34,729 nt of DNA, from positions 555,784-590,512 of the forward strand of contig WELB01000015.1 in the NCBI GenBank assembly GCA_009602725.1, given 5' to 3'. Below, one piece after another: positions 12,212-23,049 of this stretch (position 1 is the stretch's first letter; every line of letters starts with the position of its first letter). This stretch comes from Spirogloea muscicola (lineage: Eukaryota). A program made the position numbers and the translations under genes. A model generated the notes under the pieces. The model was not told where the DNA came from and searched no databases. It saw only the letters and a program-made list of their open reading frames with translations.

Positions 12212-12334
12212 CTCCCTACTTGCCTTCCTCTGCCGCTGGCAGGCTCTCCGAGCGTGCCCTGCTTGCGACGGCGGCTTGACGGGGTTGGCGGGGCCGACGG
12301 AGTCGGTGCTCACGACGGCAGTGTGTGTTGACGG

Positions 12335-15300
12335 ATGGAGGGCCTGAGTGAAAGAAAGGGGAAGCAAAGGCCCAGCCTCTCGCCTCTGCCGGCGGCCTTC
12401 CAGAAGGCGGCGGCGGTGTGCCCCCGCCCCCCCCNGCTCAAGTCGCAGGGCAACCAGTACTTCGCCAAGGACAAGCTCGCCGCCGCCATCGACGCCTACA
12501 CCGAGGTGGGCGCCCACCGCCGCCGCCCTGCCAGCTCCCGGTGCTTTGCGTGTCAGACGAGCGCCTGGCTGAGGGCAGGCTTGCGTGCGCCGCCCCGAGC
12601 GCCGTGCAGGCCATCGCGCTGTGCCCCACCGTGCCCGTGTACTGGACCAACCGGGCGCTCTGCCACCGCAAGCGCAAGTACGTGACGCCTCGGCCCGCTC
12701 ACACGCGGGGCTTGCGGCTCCTCGCATCACCCTCCCTGGTCGCCTTGCTTCAGATAGTCGTTGGCCCGTCTTCTCTGAGCGCTGATCTCGGCCCAACCCC
12801 GGGGTCGATGCCCAGCGACTGGCCAAGGGTGGAGACGGACTGCAAGCGCGCTCTGGAGCTCGACCGGGAGTCTGTCAAGGTACCTCTTGTGGAGCATCTA
12901 TGAATCCTCTCACAGCTCTGCTGCCTTCATCCCCTGCCGCCTCGGCATCATAGCCGTCTTTGTTGTTGTCATACTCCTCCTCGTCTCCTCTCCCTGCTGC
13001 CGCTCTTGTCACCCTCTTCACAATCAGCGCTGACCGAGCAGTGGCTAGTGGGCTGTCCCAGACCATAGTTTGTGAATGTCGGCCCCTCTCTATAATTGTT
13101 CGCCTGTGTCTGTCATTGAGCCGCGCACGACCTCCAGCAGCAGTCTTGACTTGAGTAAATTAGGTGTAGCTTCTAGCTCATACCAGGGGAAAACCTCTTC
13201 ATTCTTTTTTGGGCTGGTTTTTCCAGCCCCTATCCTCAATGCGCGAGCCCTTCTCCTCGCATAGCCCATATGGCCGCACGCAGAGCCCCACATTCAGCTG
13301 CCTCACGAAACTTCTTTTTGCCACAGGCTCACTACATGCTGGGGTTGGCGCTGTCGCAGCACAAGTTCTACGAGGATGCCATTCGCGAGCTTGAGAAGGT
13401 AGCACATTTGGGCTAGCTATTGAGCGTCTGTCTTTGCGTGCAGTGTGCAGGCTCGTTCAAAAGTTTCACAAAGAAGCTTTCCAGGAAACTTTGTCAATTG
13501 AGTCCCCCAGCAGACTCCTGCTTAATTACGCACCATGGTCATATCGCAGTGAGAGGCAGCTTATGGAGCTAAGGCTCCCTGCCACAAGTTGCAGTAATTA
13601 TGATGTGATTCTCAGAAGAAAACTGACAGACCCTTGCCATTGGTGCTGCATTTAATGTCTATAAGAGGGGGGCCAAGGTTATGACCATGTGCACAACAGC
13701 AGCAGGGACCAAAAATACCTGAGCCGCACTGCATGCTTTGACACCTGGGCTACACTGCATGTATAACAGGCACTGGAGCTTGCTAGAGGGGGAAAGCAAG
13801 GCAATATGGTGGATGAGATCTGGCACGAGCTAGCGACGGCACGGTTCAGCCAGTGGCAGACCGAGTCCAATACAAGGCGAGACCGCCAGGATCGCCTGAG
13901 GTACATACTTCTGAGACTGTTGTCCGTGTTGAATATTGTCCTCTTGTCACGTCCTTTCCTCCATCAGTTGCAGCTGCAAGCTCTGAAGTAGATGGAGACG
14001 ATGTGGCTAGGTGGCAGCAATGCTGGCAGTGTCGGCACTCTTTGCAGATCACGTGCACAGATGGAGGGTCATGTGGAGCACTCAAGTTGTTCTGGGCACG
14101 TTCCTGATCTCGTGCCCTGGGTTTCTTGACTGCACAGGGAGCATCTTGCCAGGCTGCTGAAGCAGGAGCACCAATTTGTGCGTGCAAGTCTTGATCATCC
14201 CTCTGGACTCAAGCAAGGCTTGCTTGCAACTGATAATGCTCACAGGCCTGCTAGAGATTTCCGAGCGAGGGACTGTGCAGATGGCGCCCATCCACATCAA
14301 GCAAGTGGGAGAGCTCCTGTGGAGGCAGCTCAATACTGGAATGGCATCAAGGTGGAGGGCGTGCAAGAGGAAAGACGAACAGGAGAGGAGGACTTGCTGA
14401 GGCAAGGCAGTGCTGAGAACGCGAGAGATGGCAGTGAGGATGACTGGAGAACGAGAGAGCTCAGGAGAGTCGATGATGAGTATGCTGAGCATTTGAACAC
14501 GCTGGAGAATGTGTTTGAGAAGGCCGGTGCCCCTGACAGGCCAGGCCAGGTACCAGCAACTTGGCTGTCATCGACAGGGGTTTGCTTGGGCTGTCTCAAT
14601 CTTGTGCAGCACCGCCTGGCTGAGTCTCAACAATTGCAGAGATTTGCTTTTGCAAGAAGCCTGAAGAAACCTAAGGTCAACACAGCTGCTTTTGCAAGAA
14701 GCCTGAAGAAACTTAAGGTCACCACAGATGTGATGCACATCGAAGCAGCACATGATATGAAAGTCTATCATGGTGACGCTTGCAGGTGCCTGACCATCTT
14801 TGCTGCAATATTACTATGGACATATATCGCGACCCTGTCATCACGCCAAGCGGCATCTCATATGAGCGATCCATAATCATGGAGCACCTTAAGAAGGTAT
14901 GGGGTTGTTGCTGCTGCAAATGTTAGTCATATACTTGCCAAAGCTCCTCGTAGGTTTTTGTTCGGCAGTGCATAGTCATAGATCCTCTCATGATGGTCAT
15001 CGCCACAATGCTCCCTGGTCTTACAAAACCTGCAAAAAATGCAATGCATTTCAAATTTGCTTGCTTCTTCAGCGAGCTACTAGCATCTGCTGTTAGGAAA
15101 ACTCGTCCTTGAGAGCTGGCTTTGCTTGAAGCCATCTCTCAACCATTGCAGCTCTGACGTAGCCAGTAGACCACTTACTTCCAGGCCATCATACTCAGAG
15201 TTGTGCTGGAAATTGCACCCACGTACACAGTCTCAGCTGTGTCAGTCATAGCCGTCTTCGTCATCTCCACAGCTTTGCTCTGCCAATGGGAACTTTGCCC

Positions 15301-15518
15301 TTGTCAAGGGTGATATGAGCAGTTACTTGTTGATAGCATGTGAAGAGAAAGCACAAGACAATGACTTTAGCCCAAAGTTGTGTCTGCAGCAAGGGAAGAG
15401 GTTTGACCCGGTGAGTCGAGCCCCACTGGATCCAGAGCAGGTTGTACCCAACTTGGCTCTGAGAGAAGCTGTGGGGCAGTACTTGCAGGACCACGGATGG
15501 GCATACAGGATCTCCTAG
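12335..15518 (+). CDS. CHIP: E3 ubiquitin ligase CHIP (TPR + U-box); start uncertain because of the N at 12435
   Basis: Exons ~12335-12505, 12610-12677, 12816-12879, 13327-13398, 13770-13900, 14138-14549, 14786-14896, 15390-15518. [42 protein letters not shown]-box [49 protein letters not shown]. Confidence 0.95.
13198..13258 (+). repeat. Hairpin-terminated dispersed repeat, copy C, in CHIP intron 3
   Basis: TTCATTCTTTTTTGGGCTGGTTTTTCCAGCCCCTATCCTCAATGCGCGAGCCCTTCTCC. Confidence 0.85.
14645..14728. repeat. 42-bp tandem duplication in a CHIP intron
   Basis: TGCTTTTGCAAGAAGCCTGAAGAAAC(C/T)TAAGGTCA(A/C)CACAG occurs twice with period 42. Confidence 0.9.
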
Positions 15519-16076
15519 CTAGGCTACAGCATAGCTATGCTTTGGGCACTAGGCCATGTCATGCCCTGTACATGTTGCCTATTCCATACTGCCATACGTA
15601 GCTTGGGGCATGCGGCAAGCAGGCCGCATGTCCCAGGCAGGCGCAGAGTTGCAATTGCGACTTGGGCATTAGCTCAATCTGTTTGTGTAGCACTTTGTGA
15701 TAGCGCACTAGCCTTGTATTCATACTTCATTGATGTACCAGGTACAGATCTTGATTGTCCTTGATGAGCTCGTCAATCAGAGTGGATTGTTCGATGGCCA
15801 CTTCACAAGGTGGTGTTTGCAGTTCAGGAAGGCCAGTTTGTGTGAGATTGTTGAATGGCCTACTCAGCAGCAACATTTAATAGTACAACGTTGGCAGGCC
15901 CATTATGCAAGTTGTCCCGTATCTGGGGGCGCTTCTGATAAGTTTATTTTCAGATTATTATGCTAGGACTACAAAATAATAATGGCCAATGATTACATCA
16001 TCCTGACCTTTAAAGGGCCTTACCAAAGACACGGACGGTTTTGGCCGTTAGCGTCCACAGAGCAGCGAGGTCTTAG

Positions 16077-16186
16077 ACTGCCAGAGCTAGAGGGCTCACT
16101 AAGTACCCCTCTATGTACTGTACGAGTATGGTACACTGCCAGAGCTAGAGGGCCAGTCAACTACCCCTGTATGTACTGTACGAGTA
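16077..16186. repeat. 52-bp direct duplication (period 58) spanning the TTL stop codon
   Basis: 16077-16128 and 16135-16186 both read ACTGCCAGAGCTAGAGGGC...TACCCCT.TATGTACTGTACGAGTA. Confidence 0.9.
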
Positions 16187-17811
16187 GGGGGCAAGGAGAA
16201 CAGGTACGTGAAAGTGCTGACTAGTCTGCTCTGGTCCTATAGTAAACACCACACTTACAGAGGGGTAGAATGGCCAGTCTTCACCTGTCCTTGTCCTCAG
16301 GAAGTAAAGCTTCGTGTGAAAGGTCAGCCGGTAGGTCCCGGGCTGCACAGTGCGGGACGCCTCCAGTAGTGGACCTGAGCGCCCATCTTGATCCGTCCTA
16401 GATGAGCCCACAGGCAACCAGGCGGCTGTGCTGCTGCCATTGCCCGCTGAATCATCCTCCCTGTCTAGGTCCACCCTCACCCCGGCTGCCGGTGCTCCAA
16501 GGGACACATCTAGAACGTGCGTCGTGATTGGGGGTCGCAGCGATTCTTGAGGGCGCCCTGCAACAGGCTGAGCCGCGGGCGTGCACGCAGACGAGGGCGT
16601 TGGTGTCCCCATGGCAGCCACTGAGCTCAAGTGAGCATGCACTTGACCCATCCTCCGCTCTGCAGCCGGGCCCTCTGTCCATGAGTAGGGCGACAAAGCC
16701 TCAGGAATGCAGGCATAGTGCGTGCATCTCACAAACTAGTCGTATGCTGATGTGCGCATGTGCATTGACCTTTCTCGTGAGCTCTCATGAAGATGAATCG
16801 AGAACACACTCAATCACACCCCGCCACTAAAGGAGTTGGTCAGTTACTCATTGACCGCAGGGAAGGTCATGTTCACCTGCTGCCCTTGTCTGAGTTGGGT
16901 GCTGGTCAGCAACTAGCTCATCCAGAAGCTTTACAAGGCGGAGCTCGGTGATTTGCTGCTGCTCTCGTGCAGCGACAGCAAGCTCGGCGTGTGGGGGGCT
17001 TTCATATCTCACCTGCATGCCTGCCAAGCTCCGTCAGGATCAGAGGAGCAAACGATCAAAGTTGCCCCAAATAAATAAGCATGGGGAGAGGCAGTTGGCT
17101 AGCTAGCCACATCGCGTCGTACTCAAAGACTTGCCAGACTGAGGTGCAGTGATGACGGCTGAGTGCAAGAGGCCCACATATGGGCCAACAGGTCCAAGCA
17201 GGACAGCACAAAACAAGACAGGATAGGCAGAAGGAGTAACAGATTGACGTGCTTTGAAGCGAGACGCGAGTGTTTGGGGGGAACGAGACATTGACCTTGA
17301 GTGCAGCAAGCACCTCGGAGCTGCTTTTGCCGGACGCGCGGATGAGGAAGACGTGGCCAAACTTGTCCTCATACATCTTGTTCCACATTGCCAACTCCTG
17401 CCATGGGACGTGCAAGAATTTGTCGATGATACAACCGTCCTGCCAGGCTATGCCGACCCCCGCACAACTATGGCAGGCAGGCATTGGGCTCCTGGCTCAG
17501 TGCTGCCAGGGAGGTGGTGTGCGGTGACAAGCAGCGCACAACCTGCAGCAGGGAGGGGTCGGCGGCTGTCAGCGCCGCCTGCTGCTCTCCTTCCGACAGC
17601 CTGCGCCACGGCCGCAAGGTTAAGTTGACGGGCTCTAACCAGCCCATGCTTCTCGACGGCAGTGCCCGGCAGTGGCGCAGGCGCGGCGACGGGTCAGCAC
17701 TGTGGCGCAGGCGACGCACTCGGCCGTGGCGGCGTGGGTCTGCCTGACGCTGGACGTGTCGCCGATCCGCGGGTGGCCCGCAAAGGCCTGCAGCCAGCCG
17801 GCGACGTCCAC
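16157..17811 (-). CDS. TTL: Bifunctional transthyretin-like protein (OHCU decarboxylase + 5-hydroxyisourate hydrolase); first exon(s) in the gap
   Basis: Exons 17811-17720, 17600-17543, 17397-17296, 17012-16877, 16674-16157. WLQAFAGHPRIG, YEDKFGHVFLIRASG, EQQQITELRL, PITTHVLDVSLGAPAAGV and the C-terminal HFHVPVLLAPYSYSTYRGS signature. Confidence 0.96.
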
Positions 17812-17863
17812 CTGCGGGCGAGGCGAGGCGAGCTGAGCCAGGCGCCCGAGAGGGCCGCAGCGC

Positions 17864-17897
<34 letters not shown>

Positions 17898-18300
17898 GCG
17901 GNNNNNNNNNNNNNNNNNNNNNNNNNNNNNNNNNNNNNNNNNNNNNNNNNNNNNNNNNNNNNNNNNNNNNNNNNNNNNNNNNNNNNNNNNNNNNNNNNNN
18001 NNNNNNNNNNNNNNNNNNNNNNNNNNNNNNNNNNNNNNNNNNNNNNNNNNNNNNNNNNNNNNNNNNNNNNNNNNNNNNNNNNNNNNNNNNNNNNNNNNNN
18101 NNNNNNNNNNNNNNNNNNNNNNNNNNNNNNNNNNNNNNNNNNNNNNNNNNNNNNNNNNNNNNNNNNNNNNNNNNNNNNNNNNNNNNNNNNNNNNNNNNNN
18201 NNNNNNNNNNNNNNNNNNNNNNNNNNNNNNNNNNNNNNNNNNNNNNNNNNNNNNNNGCCGCCGCCGCAGCCGGCGGCGTTGCGCCGCGAGCGCCAGGCGA
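17812..18300. promoter_or_regulatory. GC/CpG-rich region containing the probable TTL / PSMG4 bidirectional promoter (gap 17902-18256)
   Basis: Divergent genes with GGC/GCC repeats on both gap edges. Confidence 0.55.
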
Positions 18301-19427
18301 GGGGTCGGGGATCCCCGTGTCCGGTGCGAGGCTCGCGCCGCGGTGCGCCAGCGCGGAGCTCGACGACGGCGCCGCCGTGCACTGCCAGATCCTGCCCCTC
18401 TCCCAGCAGGTGCGCGAGCACCGCTACCGCTGCAGTCGCCCATCTCCTCGTCTCATCTCCTCGCCTCTCTCCGGCTTGGAGCCGACGCCGTGGCTTGCAT
18501 GGTGCCCCTGGCCGCGCAGCTCTACATCTGGCTCGGCGTCAACGCCGCGGCGATGGGCCAGCTGTACGCTGCCGTCTGCACGCCCTTTGTGAGTCGCTCC
18601 TGCCTCGCACAGAACGAATGTCTGCAGCTCACTGACACCCCATCCCCGTCACCGCCTCCTGTCACGGCTCTCCTCCTAGCCCCCTCTCGTCCTCGCCATC
18701 AGCCCGCTGACTTGAAAGAGGACTGCTCCTGCTTCTCCACGAGTACCTAGCCGAGCGCAGCTTTCGTGTCACTTTGCTTGGCCAGGACAAGCTCCCCAGC
18801 CTGTCGGTCTTGATGGGCTCCAGCTCAGACAGCCCTGGAGCTGCCATTGCCAGGCGACTCGGTAACTCCACTGCGCGTCTCTTGATTCTCCTGGGCATTG
18901 TCGATCTTGCCTGTGCAAGTAGGTAGGAAAGGGCGACCAATTGTTTGCAGCTTCGTCAGGAGCAAGAAGGGTGCTGCATCTTGTCCTGCCTGTCTGGCTT
19001 GTCAGTCAGAAGTTGTTGACACTCTTGCAGCCGTTTCTTCCAGCCATGAAGACTGGACACAGCATCGTCCTGTCATGTAATATCCCCTCAAACTCGCCTC
19101 TACTCGAGGTATGCTCCATCTGTCAAACACTGGATCTCCTCTGATTTCCACCTTCGCGATTTCCCGTTGAGGCAGATGCTGTTACAGCTTGTGGACCGTA
19201 AAAGTCAGCTGGCACTTTCACCACATCAGATTCTTTAGGTATCACATGAACGGCAGTCCGCGCCCTTGCCCAGCGCTGCTGCCAGCTGCTACTGCTCGAG
19301 CCTGAGTGTGTTGTCACCACTGCCATGACTTTGCCAGGCCCAGGCCGAGAGACTCGTGTTGCAAGAGCTCAAGAGCATGGGGATACTCACCAAGACGTCT
19401 AGCAGCAGTGCAGATAAAGGCCTCTGA
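18257..19427 (+). CDS. PSMG4: Proteasome assembly chaperone 4 (PAC4/PSMG4); start in the gap
   Basis: Exons <18257-18409, 18520-18588, 18786-18861, 19044-19108, 19338-19427 give VHCQILPLSQQLYIWLGVNAAAMGQLYAA..SLSVLMGSSSDSPGAAIARRLAMKTGHSIVLSCNIPSNSPLLEAQAERLVLQELK, the plant PAC4 pattern. Confidence 0.85.
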
Positions 19428-19501
19428 CCACGCACAGCAACCTGACCAGACTCAGACACCACAGTGCTCCCACCCCCTTGTTGCTGGCCAGCGGCACGAG
19501 T

Positions 19502-21853
19502 TCAGATCTCGAGGTACAGTCTGACCAGCTTCAGGTCAGCATACTCAAGGCTTACTCGTCTCTCCTTCTGCTTCTTGGTCAGCCCCCGGCCCTTGCCAGC
19601 TTTCTCCCTGTTCACCCTGACATCGGCCAGCCTGAAAACAGCGGTTTCGCTTGCCTCATCCAGGTCTACAAGATCCAGTATCTCTTCCTTGTCCGCGCTG
19701 GTTCCCGTCCCCCCTTCAGGAGCTTCAGTGTACCAGACGTACATTGGTAGCCCCATGAAGCGCAAGAGATCTTGGGGAACTCTCACCACCCTCTCCGCTC
19801 CTGGTGACGAGACCTACCCGGACAAGGATAAGACCAAAGGAACACACATAGTGATGAGAGCCGGAGTCAAAGTGAAGGGCCTGCATTCCCACTTGAGGCT
19901 CCTTGCAGCCTGGGGCATGCAACGTGGGACGAGGGACGTGGGACGTGACAGACTGTTGCTACACTACTCTTCCAGTACATGAGTATATGGCATCAAATCA
20001 CAAGATACGTTAAAAAACAATATATCTGACAAAAGGAGGCGATCTGTAAGGAAGGCTATCACACCTCAAGGGCGTAGTCGTCTGGGATTTCAGATGCCTG
20101 GTCAAGCCGCCCTTCAAAGTCTCTCGAAAAGCTCTCAATCTCTTCAAGAGTAGGTGAACCGTACCTGCAAAATCGCCGAGGCACACAGCCCCTTGGGTGA
20201 ACACAGAGATGCCACTTTGTGCTGGCTGAGATGCTTTCTGCGGTGCAAGCGCTAGTGGGCCAAGTTCTGGTCAACCCATCAGCATCCTTCACATTTGCCA
20301 CAGATCAGGTAGACATGCTTTGTGTCACTGCAAGAGCGTCTGCAGCAGTTCCTACTTCAGCTGCTCCAATGGCCACAATCCCAGCTCTGTAAAGCACACC
20401 AAACCAATGAGTAGGCGTTCATGGTCACCACTCACTCGTCTGAGAGTTTGTCCAAGCGAGCTCGGATGACCTTTGACTCTGGGATCACGCGGAAGGCGAA
20501 CAGAGATAAGTCACTCTTATACTTGGGTAGGCCCAGCACCTCCTGCGCCAGAAGCAGCGCAGTCTTGGCCCACGCAGCATCTCCTAGGACAAAGCCTCCT
20601 CCATCACCCCCATCTCCAGCCTGCAGACATACAGATTCTTATGATCACTCCGCTTCGCCAAGCGCACACAACTGCAACTCACACGGGGCTGCGTCAGCAA
20701 GCTGAACAGCTCTGCAGTTGGAACTCTTTGATGACTCACGGCATAATGCCCCTGCTCTAGCTGCTGCATCTCCAGGGTTCAGAGAGCGCTCTGAGGAAGT
20801 AAGTGCAGCTGCCAGGATGTCTAAGCCGTACCTGAGCCTCAACCTCATCCTCAAAGTCCTCCCAGATGTCCTCACTGCTCTCAGCCATGCGGGTTTCCAG
20901 TTCCTCTGCCAGATCATCCTCAAATTCTTGCTCTGCATGCAGTGTCACATGCAGCAATGCGATTGAAGACCTGCCACTGGAGGAGCTAGAGGCATACCAA
21001 CTCACAAGCCTGGCTGAGCAGCCCTACAACCGACTATGACCTTCTCTTACACCCTGGCAATTACTCCTTGACCATTCACCCTTCTAACATCGAGCCACAA
21101 GCCTTGACAGTGGGCCAGCATCCTGCTCAGCAGAAAGTGGTGCGCAGCTGCTCACCATGCTCGCAAAGCTCTCCGGCAACATCGTCGTGGTCATCACTGC
21201 CGCTGATGGCATACCTCTCCCCCACATCGTCTTCGTCCTCCACCTCCTCGTCCTCGCCCGCCAAGGCAACAGCCTCCCTGCCCCTCTCGCCAGCCCCGCC
21301 CTCCCAGCTCTTTGCCTGCGGCACACGCTTGGCTTCGTCTCGATCCTTGCTCTTGGCCAAGCAGGGCCTCTCGGACGACTTTTGCCTGCACCAGAAGGCT
21401 CCAGCGGGCTGGTGCCCCTCCCCTACGCTCCAAGAAGCTGGAGCAGAGCTCGTGGCCAGTCGCAGGTGGGACTGACAGGCAGCGGAGTGCGAGCAAGGTG
21501 TCGCAAACGCCCGCCGAGGACACCGCCCGCCCAGCCTGTGGAGAGAGCACGAGGACGGTGTTACAGAGAGCGAGGCTCAGTGCGCTTGGCGCAAGCTTGA
21601 GACACTCGGCGCCGCTTCGTGGTCGCAGTGCGCATCATGGACTTTGAGGACGTGCTTCATGTCCAAAGCCAAGCCTGCACTCAATGCAGCGCAGAGCCGC
21701 ATCGACGAGCCGTGGTTGTGACGCCTGTGGACGTGCTGCGCAAGCTCGGCAGCGGCGTGTGGTGTCCGAGCGGCGGAGGCCGCGGAGCTGAAGCTGCCGG
21801 GTGAGCTGAACCTCACCCCGGCCCGAACGAGGGCCGCACCGAGCCGGGCAGCA

Positions 21854-21890
<37 letters not shown>

Positions 21891-21925
21891 NAGCGGCGCT
21901 GGGGGCCGCTGCCGTGCAGCAGCAT
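19502..21925 (-). CDS. RimP N-terminal-domain protein (plant organellar ribosome maturation factor-like), probable transit peptide
   Basis: Exons ~21925-21817, 21535-21156, 20932-20832, 20620-20436, 20164-20065, 19813-19502. GDGGDGGG..W, RLDKLSDEYGSPTLEEIESFSRDF, ALEVSSPGAERVVRVPQDLLRF (EVSSPG is the RimP motif). Confidence 0.88.
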
Positions 21926-22185
21926 GGCGGCGGGGGCTCGGCGGAGGGCGGCGCGCAGCGCCACGGAGGCGGCGGCGGCGGCGGCGGCGGCGGCGGCTGC
22001 GGCGTAGCTCTGGCGCCAGGTCGGGAGTGTTCCTCCTGCACCACCTGACCCCTAACTCTCCTCAGCCCCAAAAGCCCCTGCTGGTGCCCTTCGCACCCGA
22101 GCCAGTGCGCACAATCGCACGACCGAGAGCCCTCCCTGCCTGCCTGCCTGCCTCTGGCTCTGTCCAGGGGACCCACTTCCAGGAC

Positions 22186-22800
22186 CCTAGCATCTCTGAT
22201 CTGCGGCTGCTCAGCAGGAATTACTGAGTCAATCCGTAGCTGCTTTGTTTCTTCTTGTGCTTGTTTTTCTTAGCGCTTCCCTTGGCTCCCTTCTCGTACT
22301 TTGTCCATTCTTTTTTGGGCTGGCTGTTCCAGCCCCTATCCTCAATGGGCGAGCTCTTTCTAGTCTCTCTCTCTCAGAAAGCTGGTCGAGCCTAAGCTGG
22401 TAGTTCGAGAACTTGTCGATTGCCGTCCGGTATTCGAGCATCAGTTAGCGACCTCTATGTGCTGACTCGTGGTTACTGAGCGAGTCGGCCTAGCAGCAGG
22501 TGACGTACAGTGGTCAATGTGCTTGCCTTTGTACTTGGCCACACATGGCCTCCCCATCTCTTAATACAGACGCATTCTCACTTGTTCATTCTGTGCTGGG
22601 CTGGCTTTCCCAGCCCCTGTCCTCAAAGGGCGAGCCCTTCTTCTCTCGCTTTTCCCGACTTGCGGCTGCTCACTAGGCCTCACTGAGTGGCCTCACCAAG
22701 TGGCCGTCAGAGAAGCCGCTCGTCTTGCCTAGTGACTGCGCCTTCCTCTTGGGAACACCCTCTGGACCTTGTCCCCTTGCGGGCTGGCCTTCCACAGCTA
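22186..22800 (+). mobile_element. Tandem array of three diverged ORF-end + hairpin units (copies B, D, F)
   Basis: B: PSISDLRLLSRNY* (stop 22225-27), hairpin 22317-22335. D: ASVSDLYVLTRGY* (stop 22477-79), hairpin 22598-22616. F: FPDLRLLTRPH* (stop 22684-86), degenerate hairpin near 22781. A (TC)n tract at 22364-22375 separates B and D. Confidence 0.7.
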
Positions 22801-23049
22801 CTGCCTCCTTGTGCCAGCGCGTTTACTTTCTCGCCCAGAGCGCTGGGTGCGCTTTCTTTCGGGCCTACGGTCGGCCACGGGTTGCCACAGACAGCAGCAA
22901 GTGCCCTGTGTCGCCGCGGCGCACCTTTGAAACGAGGCCAATGCCGTGTGCAGCGATTCCTGAGCCGCTACGGAGCTGCTGGCTATTCCAAGCCAACCTC
23001 TAACTTACTACAGCTGGAAGTGTTTTATAGCTTGGAAAAAAATACAATT

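Noticed and set aside
21619..21804. Small + strand ORF MDFEDVLHVQSQAC...
   Set aside because: It lies antisense within intron 1 of the RimP-like gene and has no recognisable motif or exon chain.
22317..22365. Helitron 3' end (hairpin followed by CTAG|T)
   Set aside because: CTAG follows the hairpin only in copy B and is ~24 nt away. The other copies end in different CT-rich tails.
22186..22800. CRISPR array or hammerhead-ribozyme (Penelope/retrozyme) repeats
   Set aside because: The context is eukaryotic, spacing is irregular and units are diverged. I see no CTGANGA...GAAA core in the units.
22960..23000. Possible further hairpin copy GCTGGCTATTCCAAGCC
   Set aside because: It is too degenerate and has no matching upstream DLxLL codons or downstream GGGCGAGC.
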